A stretch of DNA of 59,743 nucleotides, counting the filler, from Dirinaria sp. TL-2023a (taxonomy: Eukaryota): NCBI GenBank assembly GCA_051941275.1. It is 3 parts of 3 records of this genome, joined end to end, with 100 filler letters (N's around TTAATTAATTAA, not from the genome) between each part and the next. Parts side by side here need not be neighbours in the genome. Positions count along the whole stretch, not along the records: positions 19,966 to 39,816 come from JAVEBF010000310.1; positions 39,917 to 59,743 come from JAVEBF010000311.1; 1 more part is not named here. One strand, written 5' to 3'. Shown piece by piece: positions 33,921 to 46,400 of the stretch. How positions within the stretch are numbered: position 1 is the stretch's first letter; every line of letters starts with the position of its first letter. The notes under the pieces are model-generated. The model was not told the origin of the DNA. It did not search any database and saw nothing but the letters and a program-made list of their open reading frames with translations. The translations under genes and the position numbers were made by a program.

Positions 33921-36799
33921 ATGCCTATTTCCCAAGCAAAAGTCAAGAGCGTCGTCTCGGGCGATACACTCATACTTACGAGCGTCAACAATCCCAGCCA
34001 AGAAAGGACGTTGAGTCTCGCCTTTGTGAGCGCTCCTCGAATGCGGCGCGAGGGTGACGAGGTGAGCAGGCCTTATTTTATTCTTGCGCAAATCACATCC
34101 CAAGGAAGGCCAGTGTGAGCGTTTTGGGTTTTGGTGCCTGGCTGGGGGAATTGATTGCCCAAAAAAACACCTGCGCTTTTCCGTGCCCTGTTCAGACGTA
34201 TGAGATGAATAAGAAACTTTAGAAAAGCTGACATCTTTTGATCATAGCCTTATGCTTTCCAATCGAGAGATTTCGTCCGCCGTATGACCGTTGGAAAAGT
34301 GGTACAATTCAAAGTCCTCTATAGCATCCCCACCGGCGTAAAGCGAGATTATGGGACTGTCATATTACAGGGCGGGCAGTCATTGCCCGAAGCGGCCGTC
34401 TCGGAAGGATGGGCCAAATTAAGAGACGACGCTGGCCGTAAAGACGAGTCTGAGGAATCGAAAATGCTGATCGAGAAACTTGAACTTCAAGAAGCGAAGG
34501 CCAAACATGATTCCAAGGGCCTCTGGGCAACAGGAGACGGCAGAATCGAAAATAAGTATGAAATAACAGATCCTAAAAGCTTTGCAGAAAAGTGGCAGAG
34601 TAGACCCTTAGATGCCATAGTTGAGCGGGTGCTTACTGGAGACCGCATGATCATCCGTTTGTTCTTGTCCGAGAAAGAGCATGTACAGACACTAGTCTTA
34701 GTTGCAGGAATACGGGCACCTGCGACTAAGAGAGTGAATCCTTCAGATGGTAAAGAGCAGCCTGCAGAGCCGTTTGGCACTGAATCGTTCCATTTTGTCG
34801 AATCGCGGCTCTTACAGAGGAATGTGGTGGTGGATGTGCTCGGTGTGAGTCCCCAGAACATACTTGTGTGCGAGGTTAAGCATCCCAATGGGAGCATTGC
34901 AGAATTCGTGCTCAAAGCTGGATTGGCACGATGCACCGACTTCCACTCAACCATGCTTGGCAATCGAATGGCCACACTTCGACAGGCCGAAAAGCAAGCG
35001 AAGGATAGCCGCCAAGGGGTCTTTCAAGGGCTTGCCAGCACAAAATCATCAGCAGCTTCAGACCAAGATGCCACTGTCACTCGAATCCAAACAGCAGATA
35101 CTATATATTTGCGTATGAAGACTGGTGAAGAGAAAAAAGCAAGTCTAAGCAGCATACGACAACCTAAGCCTACCGATCCCAAACAGTCTCCATTTCAAGC
35201 CGATGCGAAAGAGTTTCTACGAAAGAAGTTGATTGGCAAACACGTCAAAGTCACTTCAGACGGCAAGAAAGCATCATCTGAGGGATACGAAGAGCGAGAA
35301 GTCGTCACTGTGTTTGTCAACAACAAGAACGTTGCTCTCTTGCTAGTCGAGGCTGGCTATGCTTCTGTGATACGGCACCGCAGAGATGATGGTAGGATTT
35401 ACCCTTAAGATTTCTTCAGAGAGCTAATCTGGGTATAGACGACCGAAGCCCGTACTATGACGAGCTCTTAGCGGAAGAGGAAGCGGCCCAGAAAGAGCAG
35501 AAAGGAATGTGGGCGACCAAACCTCCTGCGGCAAAGACGTATCAGGATTATTCTGAAAATCTGCAAAAAGCCAAAATCCAATCCTCCGTCCTTCAGCGCC
35601 AGAAAAAAGTCCCCGCTATGGTCGACTTCGTCAAGTCTGGCTCTCGCTTCACATTACTCATCCCACGCGAGAATGCTAAGCTGACCTTTGTACTATCTGG
35701 AATCCGCGCTCCTCGCTCAGCCCGAAACGCGAACGAAAAGTCTGAGCCGTTCGGTCAAGAAGCTCATGATTTTGCCAACCGCCGCTGCATGCAGAGAGAT
35801 GTTGAGATTGACGTTGAGAGCACCGACAAAGTTGGCGGCTTTATTGGGGCGCTCTACATTAATCGTGAAAACTTTGCCAAACTCCTACTCGAGGAAGGTT
35901 ATGCCAGTGTTCATGCGTACTCAGCAGAACAGTCTGGCAACGCAAATGAGCTCTTCGCCGCAGAGAAAAAGGCTAAGGATGCTCGTAAAGGCATATGGCA
36001 CGACTATGATCCGAACGCCGAGAACGAAGATATTGCTAGTGACGAGCCAACTACTAATGGCACAGCGACAAATGGCGATGCCCCTCAGAAGAAGGATTAC
36101 CGCGACGCGTTAATCAGTCACGTCGAGCCCACAGGCCGCCTGAAGCTTCAGATGATTGGCCCCGGCACAGCCAATCTGACGACGCTCATGTCTTCATTTA
36201 AGAAATTCCACATCTCAGCTACCAATTCTGGCCCTCTCCCAGGCCCGCCCAAGGCAGGTGATATCGTTGCAGCTAAATTTTCTGCTGATGGAGAATGGTA
36301 TCGCGCAAGAGTACGGCGCAACGACCGCGATGCGAAGCGCGCAGACGTCATATTCATCGATTACGGGAACAGCGAGTCTGTGCCCTGGTCGTCCCTCCGT
36401 CCCCTGAACCAGTCCCAGTTCTCAACGCAAACCCTCAAACCCCAGGCAGTGGACGCTGCGTTATCATTTTTACAATTCCCTACAAGCTCGGAATATCTTG
36501 AAGACGCCGTCGACTTTATAGGCCGAGCAATGGGAGATAAGGAGCTTGTTGCATCCGTGGACTCTACCGACAAGGACGGCACGCTATGGGTCACACTCTT
36601 CGACCCGAAGAGCGAGGCCGGAGAGGCTGAAAGCCTGAACAAGGAGATTGTAGCCGAAGGATGCGCGATGGTGGCTCGAAAATTGAGAAGCTGGGAGCTG
36701 AACAGGCCGAAAGTGCTGGAGAGTATACGAGTAAAGGAGGCCGAAGCGAAAGCAGAGAGACGGGGTATGTGGGAATATGGGGACCTCACGGAGGACTGA
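33921..36799 (+). CDS. SND1: Tudor staphylococcal nuclease (Snd1), 3 exons: 33921-34061, 34248-35391, 35439-36799
   Basis: Four SNase repeats (VKSVVSGDT, VERVLTGDR, VTRIQTADT, VDFVKSGSR), Tudor domain AKFSADGEWYRA...FIDYGNSE, terminal GMWEYGD. Confidence 0.96.
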
Positions 36800-36870
36800 A
36801 TAAAATCGATGCGATCTGCGATCCCATCGTAGATGGTTTCTGCAGCGCTTTTTGCATAGCGAAGGAAATA

Positions 36871-36880
36871 GTCACGTGAT
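36871..36880. promoter_or_regulatory. E-box / Cbf1-like site GTCACGTGAT
   Basis: Matches RTCACGTG, about 110 nt upstream of the 5-phosphatase ATG in a 187-bp intergenic gap. Confidence 0.35.
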
Positions 36881-36986
36881 AAATAAAAGTCGGCGACAAG
36901 TGCGATCATGACTTTGACTTTCCATTAGAAACCACCGCGAACATGATATAACCTCGCGACCCGAGCTCTAGCGAGCTCTATCGGCA

Positions 36987-38309
36987 ATGGCTTCTATCGA
37001 GACTTACGTAGTCACATTCAATTGCGGCCGTGAGCTCGTCAAGCCCAAAGTGTTTGGCCAGCATCTTTTCGACGCCTGGACTTCCACCGAAGCTCCCAAC
37101 ATCCTGATTATCTCTCTCCAAGAGGTCGCCCCCATTGGCTATGCATTCCTCGGCGGCTCATACCTAGCTCCTTACATGGACAGAATTCGAGATACCGTCA
37201 ACATAGCAGCCGCTTCCTTCGGCGATGCCAGCTATGTCAATATCCTTACGAGGAATTTGGGGATGACAGCCATTATGGCTTTTGTGCCACAAGATCAGGT
37301 CCGGCAAATCAATCGGATTGAGACTGCGGGAGTAGGAGTTGGAATGCATGAAATGGGCAATAAAGGAGCTGTAGCCCTGAGATTTGGTTACGCCTCGAGG
37401 GATGAGGAGGAGGTAGAGCTGTCCTTCGTGGCTGCGCACCTCGCGCCCATGGAAGATGCTCTTGAGAGGAGGAACGACGATTGGAAGAATATAGTTCGTG
37501 GGATGGTATTCACGCCTTCGCAAGAGACTGCGTTACCCAAGTCAAGCAAATCGTTGGGTTCAGCAGCCGACGAAAGTCACACCCCGCTTCTCCCTGAGCA
37601 ACCAATGTCGGGACTCTTTACGCCTACATCCCATCTCATATTCGCTGGAGACCTGAACTACCGTACTTCACGGATCAAGCCTTCTCCTGCCGATTACCAA
37701 GTATTTCCTCAGCCAACGGAGGAATCTTCGGACGCGCGGCACTATTCCAAGTTGTTGAAGGAAGATCAGCTATCACGGGAATTAAGGGCACAGAAGGCTT
37801 GTCACGGCCTTCAGGAAGCAGCTGTCGATTTTCCTCCCACCTATAAGTACTCAGATAAGGCGCGAGCCGTGGCAGAGGCCGATAGCGGAGCGAGATGGGA
37901 TTGGGCAAGTCACCGTTGGCCGAGCTGGTGTGATCGGATCCTATACCTACCTTTGCCTTCCTGGATGACTGAACGCAACCCGTCGATCGCGATTAAGATC
38001 AACAAATACACGGCTCTTCCGCTGATGGCCACATCAGATCACCGTCCCGTCGCACTGTCTCTCTCCATCCCTCTTCGTCCAATCGCTCCACCCGACCGCG
38101 ACGCCAGCGGTGACGATGTGCGACTGTCCCCCCCTTTCGGCATTGATCCTGACTGGAGACAAAAGAGAGCAAGAGCCAGAAGGCGAGAGCTTGCAGTTGG
38201 AATCGCTGCGTTTCTTGGCCTAACATGGGAAGGACGGCTTGCACTTCTTACCACAATTGTCGGCGCAGTGGGCGGGTGGTGGGTGATTTCAGCTATTTTT
38301 CAGACATGA
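36987..38309 (+). CDS. Inositol polyphosphate 5-phosphatase with C-terminal membrane anchor (Inp54-like)
   Basis: VTFNC, SLQE, GNKGAV, AAHL, GDLNYR, FPPTYK, PSWCDRIL and SDHRPV motifs; hydrophobic C-terminus. Confidence 0.92.
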   Translation: MASIETYVVTFNCGRELVKPKVFGQHLFDAWTSTEAPNILIISLQEVAPIGYAFLGGSYLAPYMDRIRDTVNIAAASFGDASYVNILTRNLGMTAIMAFVPQDQVRQINRIETAGVGVGMHEMGNKGAVALRFGYASRDEEEVELSFVAAHLAPMEDALERRNDDWKNIVRGMVFTPSQETALPKSSKSLGSAADESHTPLLPEQPMSGLFTPTSHLIFAGDLNYRTSRIKPSPADYQVFPQPTEESSDARHYSKLLKEDQLSRELRAQKACHGLQEAAVDFPPTYKYSDKARAVAEADSGARWDWASHRWPSWCDRILYLPLPSWMTERNPSIAIKINKYTALPLMATSDHRPVALSLSIPLRPIAPPDRDASGDDVRLSPPFGIDPDWRQKRARARRRELAVGIAAFLGLTWEGRLALLTTIVGAVGGWWVISAIFQT

Positions 38310-39622
38310 TTGTTCGATGTTTATTATCACATTGACCATCAATGTGATGAACTCGGCTGTGCACCTACGAAAATAGCTGAGATACCCACGAACCTTTGAG
38401 ACAGTATCTCGAGCGCACGGTACGATTCCCCGATCTACCCCCGCAAGTTGTTCTTTACTTTACGGGCCGCTGCCATGGATCTCCCGCTGAAGGCGCATTC
38501 TTTTCCATGATTCTTGAACATCCGCTCTGCCGTTGAGAGTTTGAGATGGACCTCATGACGATACTCCTAATCGCAAGATTGAATTCACAGTTCACTGTCA
38601 CATGAGCTTTGTATGTCAAGCGCGACAATGGGAATGTAGATTCTAGGTGAACATGCAGCCTCAGAAGAAGAATTGGAACGGTTACAAGTTGATGCGATTC
38701 CCTTTCAAGGAGAAACTGGGGTTTGCAACAGACTTGTAGCAAGATTCACGACGGGACAGACAGGATTCTATTCGTGGCAACTTCCTTCGCAATCAGTGGC
38801 TGTGCTCCATCTTATGGCGTCACATCGCCAAACATCCTTCCCAGAAGGCCAACATGTCACGGGCATGCGACTGACCATTCGAAACCCAGTACCACCATCC
38901 ATGTCACAGTTTCTTTAACATGATCGGGGATGCTCCCATCAATTGCCGTCTTCCACAGGCTTGATGCCTATTTTACACACCCAATCTCCATAATTCATAC
39001 CTGACGTACATGTTGGCGGATAAAAGCGCAAGTCACATCAAACGTACACATAAAACATCGTTCCAGTTTCCAACGTTTGAAACCGCTTCAATGATAGGGC
39101 GGAACAAGCTTCGTAACCTTTCTCGAACGCCGTCGGGCCGTTACATGATCATCGCGTTCTACTTCACCTCGAGGTCTTCTGGAACATCTACTCGGAACCT
39201 CAGTTCCGGTCCCGAATCCTCTTGTCCTTGATGGTATCAGGTAGGAATATTTATATGTACCATTAGACTCATTCTTTCCTATCCTTCTACGATACAAAAC
39301 AGAACTCCAGCCCCAAGTCACAGATACTCCCATGATTCTCCTTCAAGCAAATCCAAACTCAAACTCTCTCTTCTCGACCCTTTTCCTAGCTTCAGACAAG
39401 TAATGGAATCAACATACACCTCCTTCCCAGCCTTCCAACCAACCCGCCGCCCATCTCTAGTCCAGTCCGTCAAACGCAGCTTCCACGGCTCCCTCCCCAC
39501 CTATCTTGTGCAGGCACAACAACCCTCTTCAAAACCCCAACAAAAAACCCCCATCCAACCCCAGCACCATCCAAGTCGCTGAAAAAAAAAAAAAAAAAAA
39601 AAAAACCCCCCCAAAAGCAAAA

Positions 39623-39816
39623 ATGTTCCACTCCTGCATCAACTCCCCCCGCGGCTGTTGCGGCCGCACCAAGGACCCTGGAGGCCGCTGCCGCGACTGC
39701 AGGATCCTCCACCTCCACCCGCCTCGACCGCGCCGCTCGCACTGTGAGCTTAGACCTTATGCCCAGGCCAGCACGTGTCTGGTGCTTGATGATCCCACCC
39801 CGCCCGCTTCATCACC
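39623..39816 (+). CDS. Small Cys-rich putative zinc-binding protein, 3' end truncated by the contig end
   Basis: ATG in a strong fungal context (GCAAAAATG); MFHSCINSPRGCCGRTKDPGGRCRDCRIL; mostly C/G-ending codons. Confidence 0.55.
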
Positions 39817-39916
39817 NNNNNNNNNNNNNNNNNNNNNNNNNNNNNNNNNNNNNNNNNNNNTTAATTAATTAANNNNNNNNNNNNNNNNNNNNNNNNNNNN
39901 NNNNNNNNNNNNNNNN
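39817..39916. other. Artificial contig linker (N44-TTAATTAATTAA-N44)
   Basis: Identical to the linker at 19866-19965. Confidence 0.97.
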
Positions 39917-40390
39917 GGTGGTTAGTCGGCAGGGGACACGGCCGTGGTAAGAGTGGAGGCAATTTTACGAGGCCGTGCACAGGATGGATTTTTTGCTGTG
40001 AGTTGGGAGGTTTTCGAAGAATATGATTTGAAGAGGTATTTGGACATAAAATCCTGCCAAACTTTCCAAAGTGTTGGCTCTTGCCCTGTGCCTTTGTTTT
40101 TCTTTTCGCTTTCTTTTTCTTTTTTTTTTTTTTGTGTAATTTTGAAGATACTTTATACGTCCCATGTGCAGCAGAACCACAGTTGGGATACGATAGCGAA
40201 AACGAAGGAGAAAATTAAACGTCATGGGATACTATGTAGCAAACCCCATGTCTTAGTCCCCGGTTTTGTAAGATGAGACAAAAACCAGCGCTTCATCAAT
40301 CTCTGACTAATTGATCAGAGACAGTGTGCGAACGAGTGCAGCCTTACACTTTAGATTTACTCTTTTCTTGAGGACACACTCAAGAGGTTC

Positions 40391-40393
<3 letters not shown>

Positions 40394-40423
<30 letters not shown>
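40394..40423. repeat. Poly(T) tract
   Basis: 30 consecutive T. Confidence 0.95.
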
Positions 40424-41542
40424 CGTGCTTCGAATTGGACTCTAAGGAAACGCCATCTTCAGACAATGGGGGAAAAAAAAAACCAGTGAAAAAAAGAGGC
40501 TCCAATAAATGAATGAGCCAGAGTCTTCAGCATTAGGCTTTCGGAGAACATAAGAGGATTCAGGGTGTTGAGATACAACAGTAATCCTCAGGCCAAATTT
40601 CAAAGAAGGATAAAGAGGAACGTTACTGCACAAGAACCTTAGCTACCTGAAGGATACAGTTTTCGATCCAAAAGATAGGACTTCGTCCCCTTTTTCAACA
40701 CTCTGCAGCTGTCTAAGTTGCCATTGAACCAAAAGCATTCGTGCAGTCAACAATTACCAACCTCCAGTGTGCATGGCCAGCTTCACATTCTGTTAGTCTC
40801 GGAAATTTATTTGCAGCGAGACGAATTCTTTTTGTCATGAATGCTTGAACACTATCCAGTCTTTCAGCATCAACTATTCATCACCGCTGCATGCTGTGAA
40901 ACTCCCTGCTTTGTTAATATTGTCCGATGCTATCAGGGTCATGAATGCAAGATTCCCATGTATGTGATTTTTTTCTTAGTGCCACAATGACCATATATAA
41001 GACCTGCTTCTCTCTCGATTCTAATTTTTTCACGGTAAGGTATACTATCTATTGTCTTGTGAATCTCGGTGGCGCTAGTCTCTTTGTTAAATCCGGAAGT
41101 CTCTTCATCTATGTTAGTACTATTGTTCGAACAGTACGAAAGTTCTTCATTGTGGGTTGCTGAGCTCTTCTGTGAAGCTTATCCATATCAATTCCGCTGC
41201 TACCCGGCTCTTGCTGAGGGATATATATACATATCTCTTCTCCCATCTTTCCTCTCTTATTTTTACATTACTTTGAGAGTTCCCAGACTCAGAAGAATCC
41301 GAATCTTAGAACCAAAGCTGTTGCTCTTTTGCTACTTCGACATACTTGACAATCGCTCCCCGGCCATCAAGTCACAAATCTAGTTTACTTCTCTTCCTAC
41401 AAAGTTTCCATTCGATATCTGCGATAACGTGTCCCATACTTGAAACGCAGTGTTATTTGATATCATTCCAGGTTGAGATCGTATCGTCACAGCTTTCTCA
41501 AGATATTGCGAACGTTTTCGTCCTCCCTGCAAAGAATACATA

Positions 41543-42430
41543 ATGTCAGACATGTGCACATCCAATGCAGCTCCCGACACAAAACCCAGCGAAGTAGAGC
41601 AGCAGACCCTTTTGAAGGCTTCCGACTTTGCAGTACAGGAATATAAGGCGGGAGCGGCACCGAAGCCGGAAGGAAATCTCGTGGATCATGGCATCAACCT
41701 TGTGGCCAATGATTGGGTTTCCAATGTCCTTCTGCATGAATCTAAGGGAAACATAGCGAACAATCTCCTCGGTATCCCCAGAGAGATCAGGGACCTTATC
41801 TACGGATGTTTCTTTCCACGCGCCAAAACCATTCACCTGACGGATGGGAGCCCAATTGCAAGCGCCGGAAGCATCGAACCAGCTACCTACACCTGGTCAA
41901 ATGATGCGACCAAGCTCATGCTTAGCTGCCGGAGAATCCACGATGAGGTCACTAGTCTCATCTACAGGACGAACACCTTCATTCTCACACCGTGGGCCAT
42001 GAATTATAGATACACCAGGATGGCGCCTCATTCGAACACTGACTTCTGGCTTTCGGCGATGCGACCAATGATGAAGAGCATGGTCAAAAAACTCCACATC
42101 TACCTTGCCAAGCCATATCTCCCGCAGAGTATCAGCAAAATCGCGGACGGACTCGCCTACTTCCCGGAAGTCGAGATTTTAATTATACCACTGAGCACTA
42201 TCCTCGAACCAAAGCGCTCAAACCACCGCTCAAGCTTCGAGGCCCTTTGCAGAGCCATCGAAAAATCTCGGGCTGATAGTCGGCCAATCATATGGAACGA
42301 TGGTGGCGATCTTGAAGTTGCCACTATGCTAGCCAACATGCCGAATGGCTTGATGCTCCGCCGGCCAACGGCGCTTGAGAAAAATAGTCAGAAAGCGACT
42401 GATAGGAGAGTTTATTGGGATGGCTGGTGA
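41543..42430 (+). CDS. Fungal F-box-like (DUF7730/2EXR-like) hypothetical protein
   Basis: 295 aa with LLGIPREIRDLIY...LMLSCRRIHDEVTSLIYRTNTF, the pattern of this expanded Pezizomycotina family. Confidence 0.75.
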   Translation: MSDMCTSNAAPDTKPSEVEQQTLLKASDFAVQEYKAGAAPKPEGNLVDHGINLVANDWVSNVLLHESKGNIANNLLGIPREIRDLIYGCFFPRAKTIHLTDGSPIASAGSIEPATYTWSNDATKLMLSCRRIHDEVTSLIYRTNTFILTPWAMNYRYTRMAPHSNTDFWLSAMRPMMKSMVKKLHIYLAKPYLPQSISKIADGLAYFPEVEILIIPLSTILEPKRSNHRSSFEALCRAIEKSRADSRPIIWNDGGDLEVATMLANMPNGLMLRRPTALEKNSQKATDRRVYWDGW

Positions 42431-43493
42431 GGATTGACGGCAAGAGATGCAGGATTGCCGCTGGGCGCACTTCTGGAAGCAATTAGAATTCGGGGAAGGA
42501 AAGATGTATCGAAAGGATTTTGAATAAAGTTGCAGAAAACTGATTTCATAAAGCTCGTTTCTGGATTTCAAATACGCTAGGACCTTGACGATGGCGAGCA
42601 GAATCGCCTACATTAAACCAGCTTACAATCGAATCTTTGTTGCATGTCACTTAGTTGGGAGTCATCGAGGTAGATGCAGATTAGCGTTGCCAGTCTCATT
42701 TTGATTAGCTTGAACTCCCATCATTGTCCATGGTCAACGTAGTTCGCCTCATCAGCTGTGGATAGATAGCAGGTCTGGTGCAAGCCCGAGGATAAGCTCA
42801 GGCTAACCCTTTTAGGATTTTTCAGCGTATTTATCGGCTTTTCGTGGCGAGGAAGGCGCACTGCCAGAATAACAAAAATGAGACATGAAGTCATGCTAGC
42901 CTGACAGAGGTTTGCTTTATCTTCCATCCACCTTAACCAATTCTGAGTGGAACAACTGCATCTCTAACGTATTAAGGGTAGGTATCCAGGGGGCTATACG
43001 GATTGGCTGTTTGCGAAGGTCGAGAAGAGAACCTTGACAGGATCCTTGCTGACGGTGTCTGAGATACAACACGCCACAGGGGCGATTCTTGCTGTGCCTT
43101 GCCTGCTCAAGTCTTTGTCTAGATTTCGAGTTCCTTATCAACGAGGAAAGTTCATCAGTGAGAAGATTTTTGCAAATCTTCCAGTCTATCATCGTAGAAA
43201 TAACAGATATCAGGATAGAATGGAGCACATGCCTGTGCATCGGTGGCAGATAATCCTACCAAAACCGGTTCAGCGGTAAAATAGAAGGTAAGAGAGGCAT
43301 TTGATATCGACCAGGTCAATGGAGCACACTGACAGAGTGACCCAGGTAAGTCCGAAAAAAGTATCAATTTGTAGCCATCTGTCCTGATTCTTCATTCGTC
43401 TCACTATTATGCATGAGGACTCAAAGAGACCTGCTTGTCTGCATGGCAAGGACACCAGTTCCTGCAATTCGGTTTGAAGTGGCTGTGGTCCAT

Positions 43494-46400
43494 TTAATTC
43501 CTTCTCGATTCTAAGCTCTCCTTTTGTGCCAGTAGGAGGTCAAGCTCCTCATGAACTTGTACCCACTCCGGGGGATGGTAAGCATCTATCTTTCGCCCGA
43601 TGACTACTAGAGCGTCCAAATGTCTGATGGCATCATCGAAGGCTTCATTGCGCTGAAGTGCGTCAGCAAGGCCTGCTTGATGGTACCATATCATCGCCCG
43701 CTCTCCTAGAGCCGCACATGCCTGTATGAGCTTGACTCTCGGCTTGCTCAGTGACGGCATTTCTTCTTCCGAGGTCTGCTCGAGTAATGCAACGCACTGT
43801 TGGGCGGAATGGGCGGCATCCAGATGCCGCTTTTCTTTGACAGCAAATCGCATCATTATCTGATGTTTTGCAAGCAGTAGGTCATTTTCAAAACGGGATG
43901 CGAGCAAGTGATTTCTTTCATCTCGGGCACCTTGGGCTTTCTCTTTCTCGATATCAGCAATGGTGCTGAGCGCTTCTGCGAAATGGTCGCTTTCTCCCAG
44001 CTGCTTTGCTTGGCTCAGATACCCATCCCATTGCAGACGCTGCAAGGCTCTTTTTCTTTCTTCGAGAAACTCGCCATGCCGGTTTCCGAGCTTCTTGTCC
44101 AATTCGGTGCACTCTCGGATCACACTAGATGCAGTGTTGAAATCACCCTTCGAAACAGCGTCTTTGGCAAGTCTGCTGAGATTCAAGAACTCGTCTTCCT
44201 CTTTAAGCCACCGCTTCGTAGCTGTCATTGGGCTGGCGTTATGCCAAGTGACCATATCACCACTTTGGAGCTCCTCCATAATCTCAACATGACCAAGAGC
44301 TTTTTGGTATTCGCCTTTTTCGATGGCCTCTACCGTATCCGTGCAGGAACGTAACCACGCAGTATCAATACTAACCTGGTCATCTGTCGATATGTCACGC
44401 GCGCCGGAAGACTCATACCTCTGGCTCCTTCTGTCTCTCATCTCCCAACGCGGCTGAGGAGGGTCCAATCGGGCCAGGATCATGGTTGCGCTTTGGCAGT
44501 TCCGTTGCATCTTCATCATCTCTCGAAAGGCCTCTTGTAGTTCTGCAATGGACGAACTTGGAGTTACACCTAAAAGCGTATAAGCCTCACGCCAGTTTTC
44601 TTCCATTGATTGGAAGTCGGAAGACTTTGCGGTGCTTTCAATAGAGTCCGCAAGCTCCTGAACTCTAGTAGCCACGCCAACCAATTGCGTCTGCTGCTCT
44701 AGCGAGGAAAATTTGGCTTCTAAATCTTTGTCACCTCTGATAAGTTCGTTCAGTCTAGCTAAATGTCTTGCAGCATCTTGAATCTCTCCGTTGTTCAATA
44801 ACCGCGCCGATAATTTATAGTGATTTGCAGCGGCAGACACGATATCAGTCTCGTCATAGGCTAAGGCTAAATCTGCTGTTTGGTCTAGCTGAGCGCTGGT
44901 ACTTTTTGGTTTCACAGCGCTCGCTGATGTCTTCGAGGACTTTGATGGGTCGTTCGTTGAGGTGGCGGTCGGCTTGGATCGCTTCGGAAGATCTGCAAGC
45001 AATGTCGAAAACTGCTGGCCGAGCTCTTGAAGCTTTTCATTCACATCAGTCTCACCACTGGTTTTTTGCTGCACGATCTGCCACTCTAGCTCTCTGACTT
45101 CGAGCAATAGGCTTATCTCGGCAGTGTCCAATTGAAGTTGTCTAGTGTCATTCGCATGTATTGTAGCTGAGTCTCCGTCCTCATTTTCGAGACCCAGTGA
45201 ATCGGTAGATCGCTCTTTGCCAGAGCTCACAGACGATGCTCGTCCTTTGTGCGACGCCTCGATGGCTCGCTGCAGAGCTCGGAGATAAAAGTCGGTAGCT
45301 TGTTCCTTGACTATCTCTGAATCGTCCGCGTTATTGTCCACCAAATAAAGTGCAGCCTTGTGACAAAGGTCCCCCAGTGCGAGCAATCTCGCTTGGAGAA
45401 AGTGGTCAAAGATTGTCTGATCGAGCCCGCCTATGAAGGTTGATACGGTCACTAACCTAGTGATGACCTTCTCTGGGAATGTTCGGATTTTTGAGGTGTA
45501 CATGTCCAGGAAGTGAGACATGCACATGACCCAGAAAAATACGACTTCGGGATCATCCATAATCTCATCATACTGATCCTCCAAGCTGCATAGCAATCGC
45601 TCGACGGCTTCAATTGACTTTTTCCTGTAGTGAACGCTTTCCTCCGCCTTAAGAACGTATTGGAAAAATATGGCAAAGCCATCGCGAGGCCACTTCGAAG
45701 GCGCAATTCGCAATTTATCACTAGTGCAGAGACCGCAGACGAAAAGAAAATTGTAGAGTTCGGTGTGCAGCCACGGAGATACCGAGTCTGTAGACGTAAC
45801 GTAGTGACTAGCATGTTTCAAATGAGCAGAGATCAGACGAGTGCCCATGTTAGTCAAAAACTCATGTAGTACAGCCCACTGGAAGTACTCATCGGGCTCT
45901 TGATCCATTAACATGCAGCGAAAGGTTTGAAGGACCGCGAACGCTCGCTGCCCAATATCCTCTTTATTCCAGACTGGCTCTTGGTCACAAAGCCTGTCTC
46001 GCAGAAACATGGTAAGGAGAGGGTGAATGTAGGTAATCCGATTTTGATCTTCGCTCTCGAGCCATAAGCGATTTCCGACAATCTGAATGACCTTGTGAAA
46101 GCCTTCAATTTGCTCACAAACACCCCATTCTACCATCATTTGGAGCCACTCCCCAGCGATAGGGCCAGAGTGCCAGTAAAGGCCCAAAAAGCACAAAGCG
46201 AGCTGCAGGGGAGGATGCATGCTTTGCCAAACTTTATACATCTCGAAGAGGAAGCTATTACCTTTCGACTGCCAAAAATGTCCGTTTCCAAACGGGGCAC
46301 TCTCCAAATCCTCGAAAGTCAAGTAGTGTGTTGAGTATCCTTTGCTGTCGGATGCCATATAGACCAAAAAGGGCAAGGATATGGAATTCATTAACAGGTT

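Noticed and set aside
42700..43480. Short ORFs downstream of the NLR as a possible extra effector or amyloid-motif gene
   Set aside because: No HeLo, amyloid (HRAM/PP/sigma) or other recognisable pattern.
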